Part shown: positions 18,439 to 28,374 of the stretch, in pieces | Layout: every line of letters starts with the position of its first letter | Position numbering within the stretch: position 1 is the stretch's first letter | Assembly: GCF_000025945.1 (NCBI RefSeq) | Contig: NC_006138.1 | Coordinates: 360,001 to 392,000 of the forward strand | Direction: 5' to 3' | Origin: Desulfotalea psychrophila LSv54 | GTDB taxonomy: Bacteria; Desulfobacterota; Desulfobulbia; Desulfobulbales; Desulfocapsaceae | Length of the DNA stretch: 32,000 bases | Position numbers and translations under genes: made by a program | Notes under the pieces: generated by a model | Databases searched by the model: none | What the model saw: only the letters and a program-made list of their open reading frames with translations | Told to the model about the DNA's origin: nothing

Positions 18439-19746
18439 TTAAAGAAACAGCCTGCCAAAAAGAGAGGCAAACACAACGGCAGAGGCAATTGTGACCAGGC
18501 CGGGTATTATAAAAGAGTGATTAAAAACATATTTACCAATCCGGGTGGTTCCTGTGTCATCAAACTCCACGGCGGCAATAAGGGTTGGATAGGTTGGCAG
18601 AACAAAAAGAGCACTGACCGCAGCAAAAGAGGCAATCGCGGTCAGCGGGCTCACCCCCAGAGTAAGAGCTACGGGCATCAGGGCCCTGGTTGTCGCCGCC
18701 TGCGAGTAGAGCAGGGTAGATGCCACAAAGAGCACTACAGAGAGAAGCCATGGGTAAGATCGTAGTAAATTGCCCGCAGTCATATGAATCTCTTCCATAT
18801 GAGCTGCAACAAAGGTCGTGCCAAGCCAGGCCACCCCAAGTACACAGACACAGGCACTCATTCCCGACTTAAAGGTCGAAACGTTAAGAATATTTTTTGC
18901 CTCTATCTTGCAAAAAAAGGTGATAAAAGAGGCCGCCGTTAGCATAAAGGCAATAATGGCATTGTTTACCGGTAAGACAGGCTGAGCAACCAGGCCAACC
19001 GTAGGACTGATGCCAATAGCATAGGCAACGACACAGAAAATAGTTATGGCAAAGATAAGAACAGAACGTTTTGCCGCATGCGAACTCTCTCTGGCAGCCT
19101 CTTCCTCCGTTACCTGACTTACCTGACCCTTACGAAGACGCTCCTGATATATGGGATCATCGGCCAGCTCCTTACCCAAAAAATTTGTGACGAAGGCACC
19201 GACCATAACGGCAAGAAAGGTACTGGGAATACAGATAAGAAGAAGATGTATATAATCAACACCATGCTTACCCAGTTCAGCAGCAAAGAAAACCACGGCG
19301 GCTGAAATAGGCGAAGCTGTTACTGCTATCTGGGAGGCAACGGTGGCGATGGCAAGTGGCCTGGAGGGACGGACACCAGCCCGCTTAGCCACTTCAGCGA
19401 TAACCGGCAGGGTTGAAAAAGCAGTATGGCCCGTACCGGCAAACAGGGTCATGGTATAGGTAACAATGGGAGCAAGAAAGGTGATATATTTGGGATTCGC
19501 TCGCAAAACCCTCTCGGCAATAGAGACAAGATAATCAAGACCACCAGCCTCCTGCATAGCCGCAATGGCAGCAATAACGGCCATGATAATCATAATCACA
19601 TCTATGGGCATATCCCCTGGAGGAATCTGAAAGACAAGGGCAAGTACCAAAACACCAAAGCCACCGGCAAAGCCAATACCTATGCTACCCATCCTTGCTC
19701 CAAACCAGATAAACAGCAGTACAACAGCGAGTTCTATAGCCCACAT
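18439..19746 (-). CDS. dcuA: Anaerobic C4-dicarboxylate transporter (DcuA/DcuB family)
   Basis: WAIELAVVLLFIWFGARMGSIGIGFAGGFGVLVL...GDMPIDVIMIIMAVIAAIAAMQEAGGLDYLV...GTGHTAFSTLPVIAEVA...RPLAIATVASQIAVTASPISAAVV. Confidence 0.93.
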   Translation of the reverse strand: MWAIELAVVLLFIWFGARMGSIGIGFAGGFGVLVLALVFQIPPGDMPIDVIMIIMAVIAAIAAMQEAGGLDYLVSIAERVLRANPKYITFLAPIVTYTMTLFAGTGHTAFSTLPVIAEVAKRAGVRPSRPLAIATVASQIAVTASPISAAVVFFAAELGKHGVDYIHLLLICIPSTFLAVMVGAFVTNFLGKELADDPIYQERLRKGQVSQVTEEEAARESSHAAKRSVLIFAITIFCVVAYAIGISPTVGLVAQPVLPVNNAIIAFMLTAASFITFFCKIEAKNILNVSTFKSGMSACVCVLGVAWLGTTFVAAHMEEIHMTAGNLLRSYPWLLSVVLFVASTLLYSQAATTRALMPVALTLGVSPLTAIASFAAVSALFVLPTYPTLIAAVEFDDTGTTRIGKYVFNHSFIIPGLVTIASAVVFASLFGRLFL

Positions 19747-19785
19747 AATGTATCTCCAATAGGATTCTGTTTTATGGTAAAGAAA

Positions 19786-20277
19786 CTAGGGAATTGTATA
19801 CTCTCCGCCTAAATTCGTGGTATGCCCTGTTAACACGGTTCTTCCCTCTTCCCTGCCAAAAGAGAGAGCGGACCAGGTAAAGGCCACTGTTCCGGTTATG
19901 CCTGCATACTTCCCTGCACCACCGACAATATTACCTGCTACCTCAACCCCCTCCTGCAGACTCTGTCCACGCAGCTGTAAAATAATGCTGCCGCCATCGA
20001 GATCCTGCCAGAGACAACGAGCCTCAATATCCTCAGGAGAGGTACCGATCCCAACACATTGGGACCAGAAATCAAGTTCTCCCGCAATACCCTGAGTCAT
20101 ACTGACATGGCCTGAAAGGTCAAACTGATACAACTTAATAGGCGCAGAGACAAATATTTGTTGATAACCATTGGCAAGCCAGGCACCGGAAATGGTGGCA
20201 CTTTCCCCGGCAACTGCCCCCACCGGAATAATGCAAAAAAGAGTTAACAACAAACGAAGAAAGCTTTTTCTAAACAT
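19786..20277 (-). CDS. Secreted hypothetical protein, small beta-barrel type
   Basis: Signal peptide MFRKSFLRLLLTLFCIIPVGAVAG; the glycine-rich beta pattern GGSIILQLRG...GGAGKYAGITGTVAFTW is weakly reminiscent of allene-oxide-cyclase-barrel-like proteins. The tracked ORF starts upstream at 20304. Confidence 0.6.
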   Translation of the reverse strand: MFRKSFLRLLLTLFCIIPVGAVAGESATISGAWLANGYQQIFVSAPIKLYQFDLSGHVSMTQGIAGELDFWSQCVGIGTSPEDIEARCLWQDLDGGSIILQLRGQSLQEGVEVAGNIVGGAGKYAGITGTVAFTWSALSFGREEGRTVLTGHTTNLGGEYTIP

Positions 20278-20432
20278 GCTCCACCCCATAACGTTGACAA
20301 ACATTTAATAAATTATAAGAGAATACTGGCGGAATAGCGTTTATACTAAATGCCCGAATAAACCTAACAAACTAAGAAAATGATATCGCAAGAGAGGGGT
20401 AATAGCAACAAGAAGATTTTTTTTAAGAAATC

Positions 20433-20460
20433 AATCGGAGTAAGATTTTCTACTCCGATT
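20433..20460 (-). terminator. Stem-loop downstream of the second sigma-54 regulator
   Basis: AATCGGAGTA (20433-20442) and TACTCCGATT (20451-20460), a perfect 10-bp stem with an 8-nt loop, 27 bp past the regulator stop, with an A-rich run (T-rich on the minus strand) beyond. Confidence 0.6.
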
Positions 20461-20486
20461 AAGAGGATATGAAAGAAAGGGGAGAA

Positions 20487-22211
20487 CTACTCTTCGCAGG
20501 AATGAGCACTTGTAATATTGTACCGTTGCGCCTTGCGAACCACGGTAGACTGGCTCACCCCGAGGACCTTTGCCGCCTTATAGGTACTCTTACACTCCAA
20601 GAGGGCATTACCTATCAGGCGAATCTCTAAATCCTCCACGGCATCCTTCAGAGATTGGCGAGGAAGCGGATGAACAGACTCCTTATTAGAGGCAATACAG
20701 AGACAACCTGGTACATCGGTGATTTTAATAAGATCTGAATCACTCATGGCGGCAAGCAGTTGAATCGTTGCCCGCAACTCCCGAACATTGCCCGGCCAGG
20801 GATGTGCCACCAGGGCATCCAGTACCTCGGGAGCCATGCTCTTGTAGAGACCATATTTTTTATTAGCACGACCAAGAAAATGCGCCACCAGCAGAGGAAT
20901 ATCTTCGACTCGCTCTCGCAAGGGTGGAATATTAACCACAATAACCCGCAGGCGATAGTAAAGATCTTCACGAAACCGTCCTGCTTCAATCAAATTTTCA
21001 AGAGATTGATTGGTCGCAGCAACGATTCGGACATTGGGCATATGCAACTTTGTCCCGCCCAAACGACGGTAGCCTGAGCCATCAAGCACATGAAGAATTT
21101 TTACCTGCATATGCAGTGGCAATTCACCGATCTCATCAAGAAAAAGAATTCCGCCATCGGCAAGCTCAAACATGCCCGGCTTTCCCTTCTCCGATGCACC
21201 GGAAAACGCCCCGGATTCATAACCGAAAAGCTCCGCCTCAAGAAGATCCGCCGGAATAGCACCACAGTTCAGGGTCACAAATGGTTTATCGCGACGCACA
21301 CTTCGACTATGGATATTCGTCGCAGTCATTGTCTTGCCGGTACCTGTCTCACCGAGAAGCAGAACAGGGGCATCTACATTGGCCGATTTCTGTACATCTT
21401 TTTCCAACTGACGGGTTGCAAGACTGGTCCCCAGATATTCGCCCGGAGTTTCAAGGGAACGTAGACGGTCACGGTAGAGTTTAGCCTCCATCTCGGCCTT
21501 ATTCAGCTTTCTTTCCAGATCTTCCAGTTCACTGATATCACGAATACAGGCAATAACACGCCAGACACGTCCATCGTCATCAAAAATGGGGGTACTTGTA
21601 TTTAAGCACCTTATACCATTTGAATAATCATCAAATCTAGTCTGGGGTTTCTTAGTCTCTAAGGCCTTAAGGGTAATACAGGTGGTGGTAAGTCCCATTT
21701 CCACCGCAGCCGTTACATGCTTACCAATAACATCTTCGGCCCGGACTCCGGCAATACGCTCCATTGCCTTGTTCACTCGCAATGTAATTCCATCACCATC
21801 AATAACCCAAACACCGTCGTGCATAGATTCAAAAAGGATATCAAGCTCTTGAAATTCAATAATGGCATCCTGACCCAGATGCTGCATTGGCATCGAATAG
21901 GCAAAGACACTTCTGGTTTTTGTGGCTACATCCAACCAAAACCAGGTGAGAGCAAAAACCTGATCCTCATGATAATAGGGGACCAGAAATCCCTCTGAAG
22001 CCTCAACCAAACTCCCTGCAACAGCAAAGAGATCAAGTCGGGTACAACACTTTAAAAAAGACTGACCCTCCAGTCCGCCCTTATCATTTTTAAACGCCTC
22101 ACAGAAGTTATTGTTTGCCCGTTCAATAACCCACTGCGCCCCACGACAGGTACAAACCGCCACATGTTTCTCAAGGGATGAGAAGGTGGTCGCCCAATTA
22201 ATTGTTTCCAT
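20487..22211 (-). CDS. PAS-domain sigma-54-dependent transcriptional regulator
   Basis: PAS (LFESMHDGVWVIDGDGITLRVNKAMERIAG); AAA+ LGETGTGKT, GAFSGA, GGILFLDEIGELPLHMQVKIL; C-terminal HTH YKAAKVLGVSQSTVVRKAQRY. Confidence 0.93.
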   Translation of the reverse strand: METINWATTFSSLEKHVAVCTCRGAQWVIERANNNFCEAFKNDKGGLEGQSFLKCCTRLDLFAVAGSLVEASEGFLVPYYHEDQVFALTWFWLDVATKTRSVFAYSMPMQHLGQDAIIEFQELDILFESMHDGVWVIDGDGITLRVNKAMERIAGVRAEDVIGKHVTAAVEMGLTTTCITLKALETKKPQTRFDDYSNGIRCLNTSTPIFDDDGRVWRVIACIRDISELEDLERKLNKAEMEAKLYRDRLRSLETPGEYLGTSLATRQLEKDVQKSANVDAPVLLLGETGTGKTMTATNIHSRSVRRDKPFVTLNCGAIPADLLEAELFGYESGAFSGASEKGKPGMFELADGGILFLDEIGELPLHMQVKILHVLDGSGYRRLGGTKLHMPNVRIVAATNQSLENLIEAGRFREDLYYRLRVIVVNIPPLRERVEDIPLLVAHFLGRANKKYGLYKSMAPEVLDALVAHPWPGNVRELRATIQLLAAMSDSDLIKITDVPGCLCIASNKESVHPLPRQSLKDAVEDLEIRLIGNALLECKSTYKAAKVLGVSQSTVVRKAQRYNITSAHSCEE

Positions 22212-22689
22212 GTTACTTCCTTTGCAAAAGTTTACTAAGGCGATAAACTACTACGCACGAGCAGAAGAAACAATGCAAAAATGAATCACACCATAAGGCA
22301 AAAAAAAGCTCCACCATATTTGACAATCACCTACCCTATATCCTAACAACGGCAGACCAAAAGTGACGATAACAAACCACCACTCACTACTCCTGCCATG
22401 CCCTCACCTTCTTCATTACTACAAAAACTTGACATGAGAAAACATTTGGCTATTCCACCAAGCGTCAAGCAGAGAATAACCTCTAAAAAAACAAGAGCAC
22501 TCCCACCTATTCTGATCGACAGAAGTAATAGAGTTATCAACCTGTCACCAGGTTTTCATCAACATAAATAAGGACAGAACATAAACAGTCTTTTTCATAT
22601 ATTTTAAATACTTGCCGACTGGATCACTTCCAACCTTCTCGGTCTGGAGCAGGGGTAGCAGCGCACCGAAAGTGTCCACTTTTTTATAT

Positions 22690-23390
22690 ACGATGTCAGC
22701 AAGATCCTAGTTCTGATCGTCATCATCATCTCTCTGGCAAGCCTTGCTAGAGCATCTCTTGATATGGACAGGGTGTGTGACTACATCCAGAGCAAGAACC
22801 GTTTTATCGCCTACCTTCTTGCTGCTTTTTTTTGGTTCTATAACTCCATTTTGCAGCTGCAACAGCATCCCTCTCTTTCTGGGTTTTACCGCTGCCCGCA
22901 TCCCCGTAGGTATCACAGTGGCCTTTCTCATCACCTCACCTATTATCAATGAGGTAGCCATTGTTCTGCTTGGGTCGGTACTTGGCATAAAATTTATGAT
23001 TGCCTACCTGATAGTGGCTATATCCGCAGGTGCAAGAGGAGGCTTTTTCTTTGACCTGATAAAGGCGGAACGATTTATCTCTCCCATGGTGGTGACTCCC
23101 GCCCCGGCTATGGCTGCCACAAGCTCTTGTAAGAGTAGCAGGAGCCCCCCAACAACTCCTGGCAGGGCCGACATCTGTTTGCCAAACGTGAGACAAAAAA
23201 AATTGTGCAGAAGGTTTGGAAATGGGTCATCTTCGGCATTACAGCTGCTGCTATTTTCCACGGATTTATCCCGCTTCTGGTCCTCTTCACTCTCACAGGC
23301 TGGATATTTAACGCCATTGCCCCCCTGCTATGGCTACGACGAAGGGAAAGGACCTGCCTTTCCCTTTGCCAGATATACATCCCCTATTTT
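22690..23390 (+). pseudogene. ArsP/UPF0718-type permease, frameshifted
   Basis: Frame 1: YDVSKILVLIVIIISLASLARASLDMDRVCDYIQSKNRFIAYLLAAFF. Shift at T8 (22826-22833). Frame 2: GSITPFCSCNSIPLFLGFTAARIPVGITVAFLITSPIINEVAIVLLGSVLGIKFMIAYLIVAISAGARGG. Further shift before A8 (23195-23202). Frame 3: RETKKIVQKVWKWVIFGITAAAIFHGFIP. Confidence 0.75.
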
Positions 23391-23807
23391 CTCGAAGCTT
23401 TTTTTCCTTCAAGCATTAAACTTGGTGGGCCAACCACTTACAGGGAGAAGAAGAACGCTCTAGCTAACGGCCACATCATAGGCTTCATGAAAGCGCTCTT
23501 GCAGATAAGAGGCCATGGGACCTCTCAGCCCCATGCCTATCAAAGCAGTAGGCAGCAGCACCGACAAGACCGGCGGAAAGCAGAGCAACTTCCCCATAGA
23601 GAGAACGATATATCACAGCCCCCTCTGCCAAGACCTCATTTTTTTTGGACATGGTTATCCTTAAAAGAAACACCACATTTCAGAGTAAAATCGACAAGTC
23701 ATATAAATTTTGCCGACTTAAAACTTGCCTTCACAAGAACTTTTCATTGACATAGACTCCGTTTACCACAATGTTTTCGGGCGAACATAATTGACCAAGG
23801 AGTTCAC

Positions 23808-24803
23808 ATGAAACACATTCAGTATATTTTTATTTCAGTAATCATCTTACTATGCACGTCCTGCTCAGAGAAAAAAGACCAAACCATTATCTTAAAATAT
23901 ATACGTTCAGCTGCCGTCAGCCATTTCAGTTCGCAGCAGATGCAACACTGGAGCACAGAGGTAGAGCAGAGAACAGCAGGCAGGGTAAAAATTATCGACG
24001 CCAGCCCTGCCCCTCTCTCTGCAAAAAATCCATACGATAGTCTTATCGCAGGAACAACTGATATTGCTATTTTCTGTACCACTGACAAACCTGACCGCTT
24101 CCCTGTTACCAACTCAATAGCCCTCCCCTTTGGCTTTGCCGATGCCAAGACAGCAAGTGCTGCCATGCGTGATTTAGTGCTGAAATATGCTCAAGAGGAG
24201 TTCAGTAATACCACCCTGCTCACAGTCTTCACCGGCGCACCGTCCAATTTTATCTCCATCAAACCAATAAAATACGCCAGTGACCTGAAAAATATCTCCC
24301 TGGGAATCCCTAAAGAATCCACCAGAAAAATTGCCAAAGAATGGGGAACAAAGCCCTTGCTTACAGCAGGCGCAGATATGACAGAGGCCATGGAGAAGGG
24401 CAGGATCGAAGGCGTCTTCACCTCCCTTGCGGCCATAAGAGAAAATAATCTTGCCCCCAACTGTAAGTTCATTACCCTTACCAATCAAATCGTCTCCCCC
24501 TTTGCCGTGGTCATGAACCAGAATCGTTTTACTCAACTTCCAGCGGATATTCAAAAAATCCTCCAGGGTCTCTTTGTAGAACAATCTGAATGGACAGCAG
24601 AGTATATCGATAGACAAGTTCAGGAATCCGTAAAGTGGGCCGTCACAGAACACAATATGCAGATAATACATCCTGCCCAAAGGCTCTCTACAAAGCTCAA
24701 CAAAACGGCATCCAACTCAATTGGCCTATGGGCCATCAATGAAAGTCAATACGGTGTTTCCACAGAAGAGATCCTTGCCACCCTGCAGGATTATATCAAT
24801 TAA
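23808..24803 (+). CDS. TRAP transporter solute-binding protein (DctP family), lipoprotein-like
   Basis: Lipobox-like LLCTSC, then KIIDASPAPLSAKNPYDSLIAGTTDIAIF, KPIKYASDLKNISLGIP, AMEKGRIEGVFTS, and a C-terminal EWTAEYIDRQVQESVKWA region. Confidence 0.75.
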   Translation: MKHIQYIFISVIILLCTSCSEKKDQTIILKYIRSAAVSHFSSQQMQHWSTEVEQRTAGRVKIIDASPAPLSAKNPYDSLIAGTTDIAIFCTTDKPDRFPVTNSIALPFGFADAKTASAAMRDLVLKYAQEEFSNTTLLTVFTGAPSNFISIKPIKYASDLKNISLGIPKESTRKIAKEWGTKPLLTAGADMTEAMEKGRIEGVFTSLAAIRENNLAPNCKFITLTNQIVSPFAVVMNQNRFTQLPADIQKILQGLFVEQSEWTAEYIDRQVQESVKWAVTEHNMQIIHPAQRLSTKLNKTASNSIGLWAINESQYGVSTEEILATLQDYIN

Positions 24804-24840
24804 TTTTTTGCATGCCTTGCACCACCCTTCAGGAGGACCA

Positions 24841-25608
24841 ATGCTTATCATCCTCGCCCCATCCAAGAAACAGACATACCCCAATTGCCCCAATCTGGTC
24901 AGCACCTGCCCGGAGTTTCTCCAGGAGGCTGGACAGTTAAACCAAATACTACGGGCAAAAACAGAGAAAGAAATTGCCCTGCTCATGAAAACCAGTAAGA
25001 TTTTAACCGAGAACACCCTAAGAGATATCAGGGCCTTTAATGGCAGCGAGGGCCGAGGTTTCCCGGCAATTTTCACATTTAAGGGCGACGCCTACGATGG
25101 GATCAAAGCAGAGGATTGGAACCAGGAGCAGATGTTCTATGCCCAACAACATCTCCGCATCCTCTCCGGACTCTACGGCATACTGCGCCCCCTTGACCTT
25201 ATGCAAAAACACCGTTTAGAAATGGGTCTGAAGCTCGCAACCCATTCGGGCACTCAGATGTATCAATTCTGGGGAGAGAAAATAACCGACACCATTAATC
25301 GACAGTTAGATAAAGGGGAGAGGTGCCTGATTAATCTCAGTTCCACCGAGTACAGCAGGGTCATACAAAAGAAAAAACTAGATGGAAGGATGATAGATAT
25401 CATCTTCCGGCAGATAAAGGATGGCCGAGCCAGGACCATCCCGATTTATGCCAAAAGAGCCCGAGGGGCCATGGCAAACTTTATGGTCCAAGAAAAAATC
25501 AGAGACAGTGAGAAACTCAAGAATTTTTCCTCCGAGGGCTACCGATTTTTACCAGGGGAAAGCAGCGAAGATAGTTGGGTCTTTTCCTGCACCCTGAATA
25601 AAAAATAA
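24841..25608 (+). CDS. yaaA: Peroxide stress protein YaaA (DUF328/UPF0246)
   Basis: MLIILAPSKKQTY; FKGDAYDGI; LRILSGLYGILRPLDLMQKHRLEMG; NLSSTEYSR; KRARGAMANFM. Start 24841 follows AGGAGG and is in frame with the tracked ORF. Confidence 0.93.
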   Translation: MLIILAPSKKQTYPNCPNLVSTCPEFLQEAGQLNQILRAKTEKEIALLMKTSKILTENTLRDIRAFNGSEGRGFPAIFTFKGDAYDGIKAEDWNQEQMFYAQQHLRILSGLYGILRPLDLMQKHRLEMGLKLATHSGTQMYQFWGEKITDTINRQLDKGERCLINLSSTEYSRVIQKKKLDGRMIDIIFRQIKDGRARTIPIYAKRARGAMANFMVQEKIRDSEKLKNFSSEGYRFLPGESSEDSWVFSCTLNKK

Positions 25609-25611
25609 CCA

Positions 25612-28344
25612 TCAGCTACGGGAGGCCAACAGACATTTGGCAATAGAGGCATCTAATTCCTCTATTTTGAATGGCTTTGCCACATGGTCATTCATCCCTG
25701 CCTCAAAACATTTTTCTATATCATCTGAAAGGGCATTGGCGGTTATGGCAATAATGGGCAGCGCCCGATATTTTTCATCTTTGCGGATTCTTCTTGTCGT
25801 CTCATAGCCATCCAACACAGGCATCTGCACATCCATTAAGATCAAATCATAGGAGCTCTCCTCAAGTCTTTCGAGACACTCCTGTCCATTTTCAGCAAGA
25901 GTCACCTCCGCACCTGCGGCCAAAAGAATGGCCTCCATCATATAAAGGTTTATCTCATTATCATCAACCAAGAGTATCTTAAGCCCCTCGAGCAGACTCT
26001 TACGATCCACGCTATTGACTTGAACAGCCTCTGTATTCTGGGCGTCACCCTCCTGCCCCACCCCCAAATCAAGGGTGAACCAAAAGGTACTCCCCGCCCC
26101 CGGACTGCTCTCAAGGCCAATATCCCCCCCCATGGCCACCACAAGTTTTTTACAGATGGTCAGACCCAATCCAGTTCCACCATAATTTCTTGTCACCGAA
26201 GAATCGGCTTGAGTAAATGGGACAAAGAGTTGTTTCTGAACATCCAGGGCAATTCCCACGCCGGTGTCAATTATAGAAAATTTGAGAATAACCCCCTTTT
26301 CGCCTAAGCCCATCGACACCACATGCAGAGAAACATGACCCTCCTTAGTAAATTTCAGGGCATTACCAAGCAGGTTTATCAGAACCTGACCGATCCTGAA
26401 ACGATCACCTATCAAATTTTCAGGGATGCCAGGGGCCACATCCAGACAAAACTTAGGAGAACTCTCCTCTTCGACAAAAACGCTATCAATAACTGGTTGA
26501 AGCAGGGCGTGTAAGCTAAACCCACTCTCCTCAATTTCCAACCTCCCCGCCTCCATCTTGGCAAAATCAAGTATATCATTCACCGTTGTCAAGAGCTGCT
26601 GTCCAGAATCTAAAATCCGTCTGACATAGGATCTCTGATCCACTGAAAGAGATGTCTTTTCAAGCAACTGGGCCAGGCCCAAGACACCATTAAGGGGTGT
26701 TCTTATCTCATGACTCATGTTGGCTACAAAGGTTGATTTCGCCTGATTCGCCCGTTCGGCCTCATCCTTAGCCGTAATGAGATCCTGCTGAAAACGCTGC
26801 AGATCAGCAGTTTTTTGATCCACCAACTCTTCAAGATGAAACTTATAGGCCTCCAGTTCACCGGCCAACTGATGACGTTGTTCCACATCGCGGATAACCA
26901 CCAAAAGACAATCGACGTCCTTTATTTGCATATAATTCAGGGTCATTCCTGCCCAAAATTTTTCTCCTGAATAACGTTTCATCTGCCAGTCAACGGTCAA
27001 GCTCCCATCTCTGACGGTCCTCTCAATTAGCTGCTGAAAGGCCTGATCGTCATAGGGCTCTTCTCCGCAAAAATTCCACCTCAAATCTGTCAATTTGACA
27101 AGTTGCTCCTCGGCACCTAACAGCAGTTCCGAGGATCTGTTAAATTCAAGCACCTGAAGCGTATCTATATCACAGACTAAAACTGCCTCGCTGGTCGCAT
27201 CAAATATCTCCACAAATTTTCTCTCCGCATTACGCTGCAGATGAATATTGATAAGCAGGGTCAGCAGGAGACTGACAAGAAGAATTGCAATAAGGGCAAT
27301 AAGATTGATGAAGGTGGTATTCTGCTCGTAGAAGCCCAAAGAAAGCTGATTAATAACTTCACTCCCTGGCGGAAGTTCGCTTACCTCTATTGAAAAGCGA
27401 TTAAGCACCTCATTATCAAACACAGGGGAGAAGTGCAACTCCTCCTTCACCGGGGCGGGAATATTGCCCGTAGTCAAAATTTTAACGGCCAACTCGGCAG
27501 CAAGCTGCCCCTGCTCCTTGCCCTCTAAGACATAACCACCAAGCGCCCCCAAGCCAAGATGAAAATCATAGGGAGTATAGACCGGAACAGGACTTGTCTC
27601 AATAATCAGGTCAGCAAGAGATCGAGCATCCATATGGGTACCCGGCTGAGAGGTGGCATAGGGGAGGAGGAGAACAATACTCTCATCTGAGGCCAGGCGC
27701 AGACGGGCAAGAATTTCTGGCAAGCCCTTCTCGGCCAGATATTCAAACCTAAGTCTGTCGCCAAATTGACGCAACTTAGGTTGGACATTGGTCAAAACAG
27801 CTCTACCGGTAATAGTATCCTCGACCACCACAAAGACATGCTTAATGCCGGGCTGTAATTTCAGAGCCATATTGATAGTCCCCACAGCATCTATCTCCTC
27901 AAAGACCCCGGTCACGCCCGAGCCAAGCGAATCGAGTAATCTATCATCGCCATTATATCCCGAAAAAACAATCGGGATATCAGACCAGAGCAGGTCTCTG
28001 AGACGAAGGGCAAAAGCAAAGGCGATATTATCATTTGCGATAATTATATCCGGTGAAAATTTCGCAAATTTAAATTCCAGCTGCTGAAGAGTATGCCTTT
28101 CGCCCTCCTCACCCGGAAAACGTTTCTGATCCATATGCTCAATATAGAGAGACATCTCAGGAAAATTCTCACGAAGCACATCAATCTCAGCCTCGACCTC
28201 GGCATCCCCCCAACCAAAACCTTGATGATAAGAGTTAAGGATCAAAACAACCGGAGCCTCTTGCCAACCGGCAAAGGCAATGGCAGAGGAAAAAAAGAAA
28301 AGAACAGCAAAAAATAGAGCTAAAAAAAAATTACGCAGGCTCAT
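25612..28344 (-). CDS. Hybrid sensor histidine kinase with N-terminal ABC-type periplasmic substrate-binding domain, PAS, HisKA, HATPase and receiver
   Basis: Signal/TM; [13 protein letters not shown]; [31 protein letters not shown]; [15 protein letters not shown]; [10 protein letters not shown]; GTGLGLTI; receiver LLVDDNEIN and [15 protein letters not shown]. Confidence 0.93.
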   Translation of the reverse strand: MSLRNFFLALFFAVLFFFSSAIAFAGWQEAPVVLILNSYHQGFGWGDAEVEAEIDVLRENFPEMSLYIEHMDQKRFPGEEGERHTLQQLEFKFAKFSPDIIIANDNIAFAFALRLRDLLWSDIPIVFSGYNGDDRLLDSLGSGVTGVFEEIDAVGTINMALKLQPGIKHVFVVVEDTITGRAVLTNVQPKLRQFGDRLRFEYLAEKGLPEILARLRLASDESIVLLLPYATSQPGTHMDARSLADLIIETSPVPVYTPYDFHLGLGALGGYVLEGKEQGQLAAELAVKILTTGNIPAPVKEELHFSPVFDNEVLNRFSIEVSELPPGSEVINQLSLGFYEQNTTFINLIALIAILLVSLLLTLLINIHLQRNAERKFVEIFDATSEAVLVCDIDTLQVLEFNRSSELLLGAEEQLVKLTDLRWNFCGEEPYDDQAFQQLIERTVRDGSLTVDWQMKRYSGEKFWAGMTLNYMQIKDVDCLLVVIRDVEQRHQLAGELEAYKFHLEELVDQKTADLQRFQQDLITAKDEAERANQAKSTFVANMSHEIRTPLNGVLGLAQLLEKTSLSVDQRSYVRRILDSGQQLLTTVNDILDFAKMEAGRLEIEESGFSLHALLQPVIDSVFVEEESSPKFCLDVAPGIPENLIGDRFRIGQVLINLLGNALKFTKEGHVSLHVVSMGLGEKGVILKFSIIDTGVGIALDVQKQLFVPFTQADSSVTRNYGGTGLGLTICKKLVVAMGGDIGLESSPGAGSTFWFTLDLGVGQEGDAQNTEAVQVNSVDRKSLLEGLKILLVDDNEINLYMMEAILLAAGAEVTLAENGQECLERLEESSYDLILMDVQMPVLDGYETTRRIRKDEKYRALPIIAITANALSDDIEKCFEAGMNDHVAKPFKIEELDASIAKCLLASRS

Positions 28345-28374
28345 AATCTCCTCTTTACCAAATGAACCATCTGG

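Noticed and set aside
22343-22540. Short hydrophobic minus-strand ORF.
   Set aside because: No recognised family, no clear ribosome-binding context, and it lies in a decayed intergenic area.
23205-23750. 181-aa ORF as a separate membrane protein.
   Set aside because: Its start continues the upstream permease in another frame, while its second half is low-complexity, His/Arg-rich non-protein-like sequence.
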